From Basidiobolus meristosporus CBS 931.73 (taxonomy: Eukaryota > Fungi > Basidiobolomycota), in contig MCFE01000293.1 of the NCBI GenBank assembly GCA_002104905.1, positions 1 to 64,000 of the forward strand: a DNA stretch of 64,000 bases. The letters run 5' to 3'. The position numbers and the translations under genes were made by a program. The notes under the pieces were generated by a model, which did no database searches, was not told the DNA's origin, and saw nothing but the letters and a program-made list of their open reading frames with translations. Positions 21,327-35,500 of the stretch are shown piece after piece (positions within the stretch are counted from its first letter, which is position 1; every line of letters starts with the position of its first letter).

Positions 21327-22382
21327 TCACAGAATGCTCATCAGCTGTTGGCATCCAACCGGGAATTGTGTGGCCGCAAAGTTGGGCACGGTCGGGGTGG
21401 TGTTGGCTCTGGGGTTCGTCAGCTGTTCCTCGATCTCCTCAATGTCTGACAACCTGCGCTTTCCGCGGAGCGTCTTGTCAAAGGAACTGGCCAGGTTCTC
21501 ACGCAGCCGATGAACAAACAGCATCATCACGAACACCAGGATGAGCATCAGAAAGACGCACAGATAGCGAACCGCTATGACCCCAGGGGTGGTGTGCAGG
21601 TTCATGATCGTGTACAACGCTTGTCCAGTTCTAATGGTCGAGAGGTTTCAATGAGTTCATATTGGTTCAGAGAGCATCCAGGTGCAACCACTTACGCTAC
21701 GAAATAAATCCACGTCACCACCATGTAGAGCACCACCACGAACAGCATGAATGGAAGATGAGACCAGCTCATAGTCCACTTAGAAAGGCAGATCTCTACC
21801 GACACCAGGACAAGGTTGACCACGTAGGTGCAGTAATTCAGGAGTTGCTGCGAACGATAAGGATACTCGAACCCACTCCTCATCACCGCCGACCAGAACA
21901 CGATAGAAGCGGCCACCTGGAACACGACTATGGTGTGGTAAAGCTGCCAGTAGGCGGTCCTCCACATCGGGTTCTTTACCAGCGTGGAATGGAGGATAAA
22001 CGCGTCACATGAGTTTAGGTGGCGGAAGGTGAAGTAGGAGGCGGCCTAGAGAAGTAGGTTAGGTCAGTAACGAGATCTCGTGCCCTAGCGTGTCCATCAT
22101 GCTTACCCCGAAGTAGAGGATCAGGCCGATGTTGGCTATGTTGGTGAACAGCAACAAGAAGTGGCCGAAGGGCTCCCCCTGGAAGATGGCATTGAGAATC
22201 AACAGCCCGGAGAATAGAGCCAAGCAACAAAGACGGAACACGATCAGGAACTTGGTGGAGACGAAGTGGGAGGTGATCATGACGTAAGGGTCAAAGTCGT
22301 CTAGCTTGGAGGTGGTTTGTATCCCGTGGTGCACAATCACCAGATTGTATAGATCTTCCTTCGAGGGGATATCTTCTTTCAT
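21327..22382 (-). CDS. Multi-pass membrane protein, rolling-stone-like (FAR-17a/AIG1-related), 3 exons, ~309 aa
   Basis: Exons 22382-22107, 22045-21696 and 21630-21327 join in frame through GTAAG...TAG introns. Motifs FTN.., WQLYHT..IVFWS, N....EI.LS, GQALYTIMN. Confidence 0.75.
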
Positions 22383-24544
22383 CCTAGGCTTTCCCAATGC
22401 TCTCTGGGGGTTGTTATGATGGCTGGTGGTTGGGAACTTGCTTAGATTCTTGGTAGGTTCAGCTCCAAGTCGAGGATGTAGAATCACCTAGAACCCGCAA
22501 GGGCGCGCGGCTTTATATAGATCGGGCGGTAGTCAATACGGGACACTGCATGGTGCAGTACCTGGTCAATCGATAGGACGAATGCAATCCCACGAACATA
22601 CAAGTCAGGCACGCCCTCATTTTCCACGAGTTAAGCTAATGAAAGGGGAGAAATTCAGGGCAATCATTGAGGGGGAAGCAAGTCAATGTACATGGATTTA
22701 ATTTGGGAGGATAGGCTAGTTGTATCCGAAGGTGTGACAGGTGCGAGGATACCTACTCCAGCATTCACTGATCCCTAGGTTCAAGAAATGGCATTCTATG
22801 GCATTGCATTACATGCTAGGACTCGACCAGATTGAGTTCACCAAGCACCTGTTGCATGCCCTCTGAATATGCCTGGACGGCATAAGTGAACCATTGTCGA
22901 AGTATGGATCAATCGATTCCATGCCACTCGCATTCCATGTATGCGCAACTAGTTGTCCATGCCGCATACAATAACGGAGCATTTCGCTCATGGCCAATCC
23001 TGTTCAGTCGCCGATGTGCACGCTAACTCTGACTGAGTGCTCGCCACCCCTCAGTCGGTGGTTGAGTTTAGTCCATGGAGGCCCCAGGCCTTCTCCCAGC
23101 AACCCAACGAGCTGGGGACAGCCCGGCAGGCAGCCCTACTACGCGGGCTTTCCATCCAGACGGTGCGATATGGGATTGGAGGGGGTGGCAATGGCAATGG
23201 CAATGGCCAGGATGCAGATTCTGTCCATTCTAGGGGATAGCCTGGGACCGGATCTTCCAGAAGGGATTTGTGCGTAGCTTTGGGAGGAGAATCGTCGAGT
23301 CCAGTATCACGGCTCTGTGTTGGACTAATCCTGAGAGAACATGTTAAACACCCAGCGGGTTTGTGCCTCAGTTAGCCGTGGAACCCAACGACCCCACACC
23401 ACCTCGTGAAATCTGGCTGTATCCCGTAGATATGGATCTCAGAAAGGGAGCGCAAGTGGTCGATCGAGTACATCCGGTGCATGGATCCTCATCCCAAGCA
23501 ATTACGTCGGTAATGTCATGACAAGCTGCTTTCGAGAGAAAGCCATATTCGATGTGGGATCCTCCTCATGATCCTTCCATTTGAGGCGGACTCAACCTCA
23601 CGGGATCCAACATATGTCACCAGTCGATCGGCATGAGTATGAACTCCCAATTCCAATCCTTAACCATGCACCTATAGGGTCGAGTGATCGCCATACCCTA
23701 CCCAACCCAACCCCTAACCCAGGCCCATGCACCCTCACGCCCTCCAAACCGTGGCTCGTCGCCCAGCCACCCACACCTAGAAGCCCACCAAATATCGAGA
23801 TCACCAATCGAGCGAAAACTCGGACCCACGAAGCCACTCCCTGTTCTGGAACGAAAGCCAGGGGTTTCTGCCTCCGGAAGGCGGCCGTCCCAAATGGGCT
23901 GCTAATGATACCAAACCCGGCTTCGCCCCGACGTCCCCGGCCCGGTCAGGTCAGGTTCCGGCCTGATCACATTTCCAGGATAACTGGCGTCCAACGATTC
24001 CCAATTTATTATGGTATTCATCAAAACTGATGCATTTGGGGAGGCTCCTACAATGCATATGCCCTAACCTAACAACCTGCCATTAAGTGGTCGATCCGCT
24101 CAGTCTCCCGTTACGTCTCCAGGCCGCCCGAGGGGGAGCAGAGCATTCGCCGATATGGGGGTGCGACGTGGTGCGACGTTCGAGAAGGTGAATACGGGAT
24201 GGAAGGTCAAGGTGACGAAAGGGAGGGGGTAGCGATTCCGTGAAAATGGCCTGCTACTCGACCCTGCTGGATCAAGGCAAGGAGCCGGATGTGGGTTTTG
24301 ATAGGGTCAATGGTGAATGTTGAGATGGCGATGATGGATTCGGTCGGAGGAAGAGTATTTAATGAAATGAGACGAGGCAAAATTGGTGTGGGGAGATGCG
24401 ACGAACAGGCGAGCAAATCCAGGGGAATGTTCAAAAAGAATATGCAGCAAAGAGAGTGAAAAGGAAGGGAATGCAATGCATGGAAATGGAAGATGTTTGG
24501 GTGGGAACCGGGATGGAGCCTCTTGAAGCGAGAGCTGGCCCCGT

Positions 24545-25163
24545 CTAATGTGAAGCAACATTCGGCAGATAATGAATGGCCCCGTTCAACTCCATCAGTG
24601 AAAGCACGGCGTCTATAGGGAAGTCCGAGTTGTACTGCTCACTCTTTACCATGGGTGGTAAAGAGATGTTGCAGGACTCCGTTTTCATCATTGGCGGCAG
24701 AACGCTCTGCTGTGGGTACGAGTACGCCGCGGACGGCGCATAAGGTCTGGGCGCGGAAATCGAGGTGCTGCTAGGCACAGGCGAGGACTCGGAGAAGACC
24801 AGCATACGCCTCCGCTCTTTCTCTTTTCGCTTCTGTTGGCGTTTGGTGAACTCCTCTTGGATCCACCTCTGTTTCTCCTCGCCGTCCTCTTGCCCGAACA
24901 GCTTGCTGGCTCGTTTGTTTACCCGACAGCGCAGGTCGTTATCTTTGTCTGCAACAGCATGGATGGTTAGTTGGTGCGATGGGGGACGGGTGGCCGGGGT
25001 ACTTACTTCTCTCCTCGTTCTGCTCCCGCCACTTCTTCTTACGCTCCCTGTTCTCTTTTCTCAGCTTTTCTAAAACGGCCTCGTCGAAGTTCTTCGTACG
25101 TGGTTGTCGCTTGGGGTCTTCGGTTGGGTGCTGGGTTGGGGAGGAGCTTTCCAGGACAGTCAT
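24545..25163 (-). CDS. DUF3020-domain protein (basic, likely nuclear), 2 exons, ~186 aa
   Basis: Exons 25163-25007 and 24948-24545 give ENRERKKKWREQNEERNKDNDLRCRVNKRASKLFG...WIQEEF..R, the fungal DUF3020 signature. Confidence 0.85.
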
Positions 25164-26500
25164 GATTTTGGGAGGGTGCCGGTGGCTGATAAATATTACG
25201 TATATTAGTTGGGGGTATGTAGACGGGAATTAAGTATTCTAAGGTAGAAAACTCTAGCAGTCTAAAGGGAAAAAAATACACAAGTCCAATGTAAAAGAGA
25301 CAGTCTCGGACGACTTTTTTTTTCGTGACTACCTACTCTTATCTACGTTGACGAGGTGACCGCTACTCCGAGTCTGTGGCCTTTTTTTCGAAATCACCGA
25401 ATACCGTGCACAAAATAACCATGTCACACTCGAATATTATTGGGGTGGCTCGGATTCATCGATAATATCACCTAGTAACGGTCACCACTGCCTTGGCCTC
25501 CCTAAAAACCTAGGGTCCAGAAAGGATCAGTTGACGAACCCATTGGCTCGAATGGCCACCATTTCCCTTGAGCTTGAGGGTGAGAGTCGACTCGACTCGG
25601 CCGCCAATCATCGGCTGGGCCCGTTTCGACTAACCAGTGGAATCAGGAAAGGTGGATCTGTTTATCTCGTATATCTGTCCCTAATCACACTGACGAAGTT
25701 ACAGCAAGCCCAGGTTGAGTGAGGTTCTCAAGATTCTTTCTATTTACAGCAACTCATGACACCGTATCCCTCCGATAATTGGGGTGATTTCGACCAATCG
25801 ACTTCGTGGAATCCCTGCCCTCCAAAGCAGGCTGCTTGCCTCTGAGCGTCAGCGTGCTCTGCCCTCGATGCCCACGCAGACGTTCCCTGAAGGGGAGGCT
25901 GCATGCCACCTGTCAAGTGTCTGGCCGTCCGACTCGCCATGCTGTGGCTGCGAGGGTCAGAACCGTTGCCGATGGCTCCGTTCGGCATAGAGGATGGGCT
26001 GGCATCACTCGCGTCAAGCCGCCTGCTGCTTCGGCAGACCGTCCGGTCCTCTGATCCCCCCCCCACTTGACCAGATCTTCTGGATGCTTCTATTGCGCTT
26101 TCTCACGTGTACTAATTCGTACCAGATCAAATGATAGGTAACCATCATCTATTCTAGAGGGCCAACCCGGGGCTAGCCCTGTATTCGTGTTCCATATGCC
26201 GTACTCCTCACAATGAAGTAATTTACCCATCATCTTGAATCCAGATACCCCACAGTCATCTCCCTTCCCGCATCGACATGGCCTCAGCTTGACCATATTG
26301 GTGGCCAACACCACGAACTGCGACTGAATGTCAGGCCGCTTCTTCATTATGTTACGCTAGTGATGAGGATTGTATTATGTAATAGGCTGGCTGTCCGTTG
26401 CCTTCCTCCAACTGGGGTACAGGTGATGGTGATTACATGCATATCAGGTGGATCATGATTGGAGACAATTGGATTCATGCTTAATTTGGAGTTCTGCTAC

Positions 26501-29500
26501 CTACAGGGTCAGAGGGCGACGATCGTAGTCGTATTTCGAGAGGGTCTCCTGTATCTTCTGACAAAACCATTTACGACTGCTGATTTCAGGTACGTGAATC
26601 CTAAACGGTGGTACATCCGGATCCTTCATGAATATCACGATGGAGTCTTGATCAGCCTTAACCTGGCGGACCTGATCGAAGCTGACATCCCAGTTGATCC
26701 CGAGCCTCTTCGCCTTGACCACAATCAGCTTTCTGGTGGTGAGAAGTGCAATCATCTCCTCACCCTTCAGCTCCATGTGCGCTATGTAGGTTTCGTCGAA
26801 GTAGGCCCCCTTGTCGGCCTGCTTTAGCCAGAACTGCCCGAGAGCCTCCTTACCGGAGTAAGGCCGCAGAATGCCATCCGGGTCGATGTAGCGTGGAAGC
26901 CTCACCCTGTCGAAGTCGTTCATTTCAAACATGGTGGTTGTGTTGCGAATGCCCTCGGTAACATTGTTCGCCATATCCACCAGCCCCACCATAGGCTTGA
27001 CAACCACTCCAACCAACCCCTTGCCGATCCCCTTGACAAAGCCACCGGCTCCGTTTTTCTGGGCACCCGAGATCGGTTGCATCACCACGCCGGTTATGCC
27101 GCTGGCGACACCAGATGCGAGTGAAGTGGCCGCCTGAGTAACACCATACAAAGCGTGTCGGGGTCGGTTGCGAGAACGCGCGGTTCTTCTCCGATCCTGG
27201 AAGGCCTTGTCCATCGTGGCGGCGGATAGACCCTTTCCAACGCTCCCGGTGAATTTGGAAAAGCTGTCCGAAAATCCATACACCATCTTCGAGAGGAAAC
27301 TGGCGGTTCCTTTGGCAATGCCGATGCCCAGGTCCTGCGGGCGATCGCTCATAATGAAGCCTTGGTAGGGTTCGTAGAAGATGTCCATGACTCCCGAGCT
27401 TACCGTGTTGAACAGCCCAACTGGGTTCCCAAGGAAATCGGCTGATCCGATAATCTTATGGACCTGGTAGATGGCCTCTTGCGAATAATGCTTGGTAAAG
27501 CGGTCGATCAATTCGGGATACGTGAGACGAACGTTCTCCATAAGCAGGGCATTTAGCTTGACCGGTGCATCATTAACACTTCCTATCGTCATGGTAAACA
27601 CATTCAAGATGTACCACACAGGGTTGTACGACCGGGGCGCTTGCTCCTCCTGGTTCACACGCTCTGTTCTGGCGAAGGACAGACTGATCTTCATGGGTTG
27701 TATCAGAATTGCTTCGAAATAAAGTTGGACATCACTTTCGCTATATGGTGCTTCGGGAATCTCGAAATTCTCGTTCCATAGATCATCCGCATGCTCCTCC
27801 TCGTCCCAACCAGAGACGTCGAACTTCGCAAAGTCCAATAGGGCAAACAGGAAGTCCTCGTCCACCTCGAGGGAGACATCCTGGAGAAGTACAGTGAAGT
27901 ATTTATAGTAATCCACACCGTGTTCCGTATCCTTGGCCTTGACGATGGCGGCTTGGAAAAATGGATGCATCCCCTGCTCCTTCCCGTGCTTCGTGATGAA
28001 CGTGGGGTAGAGCAAGGTGCTGTTCAATCCTCCGTAGAGTTGGTTGTCGATTTGGAGCCACTGGATGATGCACTTGGTGGACGTTTGAAGAGTGGTGTCA
28101 CTGTAATGCAACTCCACGCCATGGAGAGTTACGTATACGAGCTCTTGCATTCGTCGATTGATCAACGATATGCCAATTCCTTCCAACTTGATTTGAAGCT
28201 GAAAGTTGGTCTGGGTATCGACATCGGCCACCTCGAATTCCGCTACGTCCGATATCGAGTCCTTTCGACTAAGAGTGTGCGAGCCCTTCATTGGCTTGAA
28301 GATACTCTTGGATTGGGTGTATTGCGTGAGCTTCAGGACCACTGTAGGTCCCTCAGCGACAACATCGATCGCCATAATCCCAGTTCCAGAGGCGTACTTG
28401 AGCGGGAGCAGAGGACCGATAGCCTGGAGGGAGACCTCGGTAGTGAAGCCGTTCACGTCAAGAATCAGTATCTTATTCTTGATAGAAGGGTAGTCCCAGG
28501 CGTATCGTCTGGACTCTCCGGCTGGCACCCTGTACACCTGATCTTGATGAGCGGCGGCTCTATTGGCGATAAGGTCCTTGGCATTGGGCTTTTGTTGGAA
28601 TATTTTGACGTCTACCGGAGAGCTGTTCTCGATTCTAAACGGCCATTTACGCTCTTTGCTCAAGAACACGAAGATGGTGGGCCCATCAAGCGAGATCTGT
28701 ATTTTGATGAGATCACGGTCGTCTTCGTGTTTTCGGACACTGCGGCCTACACTTGACCCTTCATTGACTGGTCCAACCTTCACGTAGTTGGTACCTATGT
28801 GGATCAGGTTAAACGGCGAGGACCAGTCTTGGGTGGTTCCAGAATAATGTAGCTGCAGAAGGATATCCGCTTCATGATGAACGACATAAAGCGGGGCTCT
28901 CTCCCCGGGCTGTAGCTGGATGATCACATCGGAGCATGTCTTTCGAAGGCTGAGGGCTCTGTCCATCTTGTTTTGCAGGACGTAACGCGGTGTGAATGTC
29001 ACCACTCTTGTCAGGCCTACTCTTCCATGACCTTGGTTTATGGTCATTCCTAGCTGTACCTCTTGCTTATCCCCATTCGTTGCTCGAGTGGATATTGGCA
29101 AAGCAGTAGCGGTTACGGTACCTATCGCCTCCAAGCTAATGTTTTTGCTCCATTCGGTGCTGTCTGCCTTCAGATTGACCACATTCTTACTTTCGGATTT
29201 CCCAAAAGATAGCATGAATGGTATCGCCTTCTTGTGGCCTTCGTGCTCCGTGTGGTTTGCGGACCTCTCTTCGCAGGGGGCGGAAATCGTCACCGCTGAG
29301 AGATTTCGGCTTTTGATTTGGAGATCTATGCCGGTCTTGTTCAATACCACAAACGGACAGTATATGGAAAACCGGCGAGCACCTCCCGAGTTCGGGATCT
29401 CGAAGTCCTTGATCTTGAGGCTAAGTTTCATGGCATTTTTGGAGTGTTTGAGTATGAGAGTATCTTCAAGTTGGACCTCTGATGGGTCTGGCGTGCTGAT

Positions 29501-32500
29501 GATGGCGACTTCACTAAAGTCGTACCCCGCGTCTGCGATCTCTACGGCCAATAGTAGAAGTTGACCCAGTTGGGCGGTGTGTATCGGGCAGCTGCCCAGC
29601 TTCTCAAGATCCCCCGTCCAGCTTTGCTTGTTCGTCTTATCGACAATCCGGTACTTGAAGTCAAAGGGAAGCAGATTTTCCAGCTCGAAAGGTGCGCTAA
29701 TCCGGATTGCCATTGTTGGGTAGATCATCGCCAGCTTATCACGCTTATCGTATCGACCGTGGACTTGGAACCGGAACGGGCTGCTTTCACGATCTTGATT
29801 ATAGGATTCGCATACGATCGTATTCGGCGGTTCGTCAATCAGAAACTCGCGCCAGTATATATGTTCAACACTCCAGCCGTAATCATTGCTGGAAGCTGGC
29901 TTAATCTTGACGGCATTGTCGTAGCCAGCTATAAGATGCACTGGGTAGTTTTCATCGGGGGCCACCACCAGCGTGTCGGAGACGATTTCACCATGGTAGT
30001 TCACCATCGCCATCTCCAGCGGGACCTTGGTCCGGTTCTCGATGGTAATCGGCGATCGGAACGTGACTATCTTCGTAGAGTCCTTCAGGGTGACCTCGCA
30101 GACCAACCTGTGTGCGACATTGTCGATCTTTGGACGGAGTAAAAAGGTATGTGTGCCCTCGGTGTCCACAGGGATGTCATTGATGCATTCCCAAGGTAAA
30201 TCGTTGAATTGAATCCCGAGCCGGTTTCGATAGGACAGGATAGTTTCACGTGACTTGATCCAGTCTCGGAATCGCCACGGAAGCTCCTCGCCGTTTTTGA
30301 GTTGATGGATGCTGGGTTTGTGCGAATCCGGGTTGTCGCTCTCGTCCCCTCCATCCTGGTCAGGCTCCGCCCAGATAGAGATGTCGAGCCCAGTGGAGTT
30401 CTTGAGCAAGTAGGGGACCACAACACCTCGCGCAGTCTCCAGCGGAGAGTGCGAGGCATCAAAGAACTCTGTCATTCCAAGAGCGGTCTCCAGGAACTGG
30501 TGAGTGATATTCAACTCCAGCTGGGTCTGGGAAATGAATTCAATGTTGGTCCTGGGCGGCATAGTAGGACATGCTAGGTTGACCACAAAGTCCCAAGGCT
30601 CTATCAACGGCTCCCAATGCGAGTTCTTGATATTGAACATGTTGGCATACAGCTTAATATCTGTACTTGCTGTCATTGACGTTGACCAGTTCTCTACACC
30701 GATGGTTGACTTCGCTACATGGATGTCAAGAATGGGCAGATCATTCAAATCTCGAATAAACACAATTTGGATCTCGTCCAGATTGACTTTCAAGTATTCC
30801 CGACTTGACGGCGCTTTGTTGTCCTCCGCTGCAGCAGTGGATTCAGTATAGTCCAAGCTCTCACCCTCGCCGAAAGTGCAAGGACTCTTATCCTTAGCTG
30901 CCGCATCTTGCTCGAGCTGTTTGGGAGGCGGGGGTTCTACCACTTTCGTTTCGCTGTCATTCGTTTGATAGAGTAGCTCTGAAGCTTTGTTGATGATATT
31001 GGTAAAAATCAGGATGTCTCGGTACGAAACTCGTATGATAAATGGCTGGACATCGATATCAATGATTGTTTGCATTATGCGCTCGTCAGCCAGCCCGCTC
31101 TCCAAGCTCATGTTGATATCAAAACTGTCAATAACACGAAGGGATTTTTCCCGCTTATCCATTCGGCATAGAAACAGGGCGATCCGACTAGCATGTAAAT
31201 CCAAGGTTTCCTTTTGCTGGATTGCGATATGGGATGCGGAAAGAACCATCGCTTCAGAGGTCAGCTTATGAGCATCACCCAACAGTAGAATCTCTGCCTC
31301 CACAATATTCACGGTGTACGTGAGTTTTCCGGCTTGCTCGGAGTTCGTGGGCGGTCTGTCTTCCCGAGGCGCTGGACTGTTTTTGTCCGGGGGGCTCTGC
31401 TCCTGTTGGAAGGCGCTGAAGAAGAAGTCTCTGATAGCAAACAGCTGATCTAAAACCAGGATAACTTTCGGGGAATCGATGGTGATTGCTAAATCCATGT
31501 CGCCATTACTTTCCATTCGTACAAAGGTCATGAACTGTGGATCGTCATACGAAACGGCTGGGATGATCTCCTTGAATTTGTTGTCCGGGTTTGGTCGGGT
31601 GTCAGTTACTTCCATCGAGTGAATCTGCAGCTCGGCGCTTGAACAACCGTCGGTAAGCATTTGGTACTTCAGCAATGTCCCATTCAGGGCAAAGCGGCAC
31701 AGACTAGAATCCGAGATTTCCTTCTGCTTTCCGTTGTAAGCGAATATCTCGAGGTATATCGTGTTCAACTTGAATACACAATCCAGAGAAATCCAGGTGC
31801 CATCCTCAACTTTTGCGACCGGGAGATTCTCTACGTTGTGGGAATCGATCGGTGCAGCAGCAATTTCTTTTCTAGCGGCCTCTTTGGGCGCATCTGAAGG
31901 GCCACCAAACGCTGTTGCGACCGAGTTGAAGACTTCAAACAAGGACACGTATTGCTCCTCCGTCAGGTTCATTTTAATGTCTGATATATCTCCAATTAGC
32001 TGAATAAAAGACGTGCTAATCAGTATGCTAACCTCATGATAGCGGAATGGTGAGTAGCACATACCTCAGTGTCAGGCCGCTTGGAGCCTTTGAAGTGCTC
32101 GCCATAAACCAACTTCAGTGCAATGTCGACATCATCGATTATCTGAAGGATTTGTGGCGTGTCTTCTGTATAGATCGATGACGAAAGTCGGATTTCGTGA
32201 ATATTCAGATCCAGTTTGCTCAAAAAGGACCCTTTCTCTCCTTCGGGATTTTCTACAAAAGTGTTTTCGAACGAAATCTCACCCAGGTTGGCAACTAGCG
32301 TATCCCTAGCATGTTTCCCACCTCTGGGGAATATAACAACGGGAGACTTGACTGCTATATTGAAATGCATCTTAGATGCCTGGTTTTGTAATTGCGCGGC
32401 AGATTCGGCAGCCGCCAGCCTGGCTGATTCGAATAGCATATGCATTTCGGCAAATTTGCTGCCGAACGACATAATCTCTCGGATAGCGCTTTCCAGAAAA

Positions 32501-35500
32501 GTGATTTGGACCGATCCGAGGCGGAGATAGACTGAGGAATCGTAACCAGGATAATCTTCTCGCTCGGTATCAGCATTGAATGTCTCATAGCGGAAATCCA
32601 CAAGCTCGTCTCCACGGATGGATATCAATTGATTGAAGTGGTCCAGGTTGTCCTTCTCCATGTCCATCATGTCATCAATAATCGATATATTTCCCAGCTG
32701 AGCACCCACCTCTAGTGTGTCTGGCTTCAGAAAAACGGAGACATTCCCCTTGGACAGAGAAACAGTGGATAACTGGGTGCCTTCGTTATTGAGAATAAAG
32801 TTGATCATGTTCATTTCGGCTTTGATTTTGATGGTGCCTGTGGTGGCAGCCGTATTCTCGGAGCTCGACGATGCCGGGCTCTGAGGCGAATCTGGCTGTA
32901 GACGCTGTTTGTTCTCGGTGCTGTCAGGGTCATCGTTGTCCACAAAAGTAACCAGTATGAAGTCATACAAGGTGAGGACGCTTCTGCTGGTTATCACAAT
33001 GTTTACCGAGGAAAAGGCAATATCCAACGACTGGTCTATCATATCATATTTTGTTACATACTCCGGCGACTCTGGCTTCACATTGCGGTATACAACACTT
33101 AGGAGGTCCTGGGACGATCCATTTTTCGAGTCAACTTTGGATGTGATCATATCCTCGAATTGTTCGCCAGGCTCCATCATATCTTTAACCAACAAAGACT
33201 TCACCTTTACCGATGCCTCGATGTCATACGGCCTTGTCGTAAGGCACAGCTCGAAATGCTGAAGGTGCAGGTCGGCTAATATGACTTCTTTCGAATCGTT
33301 TCCAGCCTTCTTCAACGACGCGGCAAGCTCGCCGATCTTAAAAGTAAACTCAAGCTCCTTCCGCTCGAAGTTCTTAGCTTTACTCGCGATACTTCCATGC
33401 TATCGAAAGAGATTTAGCTTATCCTGCTCCGCATCAAACGGGAAGCAACAAGAGTCTTACCAAAGATTCTCGACTATCGTAAAACCTTTCATTATCCTCA
33501 TCTTGCTCAGACTCATAACCAACATACAGGTCACTCAGATTCTCGATAGGTATCCCAAAGGTAAATATTGATTTGTTGGCCGTCGGTGTTTTGGCAGAGG
33601 AGTAGCGCTCCCAAACACTATTGATGCTGGCTGAATCAGAATTCGCTTCGTCATTCGTATCGTTTAGTACCATGTCTATAAGCCGCATGATACATTTGTA
33701 TTTTCGATCGGAAAAGTTCACTTTAAGCAAGGGCAACTCGCCAGAGATCTTGATCCCAGTGATGTTCGATGCTTTCGGGAGAATCGAGACGCCAACGGAA
33801 AAATCCATGGTGATTCTATCGACAACATGAAGGTCTTCATTGGCTTGCTCTGCATCAGGCTTGTTGATCTTCTCCAAGCACTCTTCAACTTCATTGGCTT
33901 GCTCTGCATCAGGCTTGTTGATCTTCTCCAAGCACTCCTCAACTGATTGGCCCACCAAGATCTAAACGAAAGTCAAATATATGAGTTGAAAGAATACAAC
34001 ATCGAGAGAGCATCTGAATTGGACATGGTATGTACCTGCACAGAAGACATGGTCACATTGAACTTGTCATACATTAAGCTCTCTAGCTTCTTCATTTCTT
34101 CCTGGTTCAGCTGCTTCCCGACCTTTTCATCGACTTCCTTCTTTTGCTCTTTACTAACCAAATCACTCACCACAGCAATGTGACCCGAATCGAGAACAAC
34201 AACAGGGGCGTTTGGGTTGGTGCAACTGGAAATGGTTGGTACAGTTCAACATGGTGAGGTTGAGTTTTGTTGGGTTGGCACAAGTTAGTTACCTTTCAGG
34301 GAATATAAATATCGGTGCATCAATATCTATTTTCAAGTCAAGAGTCTTGTGCTCTTCTAGCGCAAACTGTAAGCTAGCTCTAGTCTGTTGACTCAACTCG
34401 TCAATAGTGTTTCCAGCCGCTTCCTGATAAGATTCGAAGTGTTTGTAAGCTACGTCAGTGCGCGTCACCGTTTCAGTACACACTCACCATCAGAACAGCC
34501 ATAGATTCAAGACTTGATACCGGAGGTCGTACGAACTTAAGAATAGTATCGATCGCCTCTATATTGTAATACACCTCAAGATTTCGCATTTTCATGATCA
34601 GCGCATCATCCGCTCGGTCGTCCAACGGATTGTGCTCGAAAACCAGTCTAAAGAATGGATTGTCGTGGTCTTGGATGCCAAGAGCATGAGCACTGACATG
34701 AAGATGAATACATGATCGTGTATTTCAGGTGCATTTCCAGGAACTTACTTTGCATCAAGGCTGGCAAACTGCAACCCTTTATCCTTTCCACCACTCTCCT
34801 CTTGGACACGCATGAGCAAAGGGTACAGAGTTCCCTCGGTTGTGCCATCATACAGATTCAATCCTTTGAGAGACACTGCAGTCTTGAATGAATCGCGGCG
34901 ATTTAAAAACTCCAAAGTAACAGTATCGAACACCAGTGAAGCCACATCTTTGTTGACGCCATGCGGTGACTGCCTTAACGCCAACGAGCCAGTTTTCACC
35001 TGGGTTATGAGCGACAATATTACACACTGTAATAGAAGCGTTAATTGAAGTCAGGGTCGAATTCAAAAGCTTTACTGACCTCACTGGGAATTTCAAATGC
35101 AGAAGCAGGGAGATTTTCGTTGAAATCGATCGTATCGTAAAGCTCTTGTCTTTGCTTTTCAGAAATGGCTTCCGGATCTTTCTCTTCATCGCCCTAATCG
35201 ACGTGTTATTCCCCGGACTCGCATGATCAAAACATCCATTGCTTACCGAGTTACTCCAGCCTAACCAGCTAAGCCAACCTTTGGGTTGTTGTTTTTGCTT
35301 CTGGGCTACAGTCAACAGATTTAAGCGCTATATCTGGGAGAAAAAAACCATGTCATATCTACCTATCAGTGCCTTTTCTCGTTTCAACTGCCGTTGAGCA
35401 ATGGATCGATAGAACCGTATGTCCTCGAAGGACAATTCCCGCTCAAGTGCCGTAAGTCGTTCTTGACCCTACCGTGGTACATTAGGTTGATAAAACAAAA

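Noticed and set aside
23180-24075. GGCAAT x3-4 microsatellite and CCCTAA-like motifs at ~23700 and ~24062
   Set aside because: Too short and irregular for a telomeric or functional array.
26700-33600. Numerous + strand ORFs up to 278 aa (e.g. 27920..28756, 29561..30142)
   Set aside because: Antisense shadows of the long VPS13 exons with no recognisable motifs.
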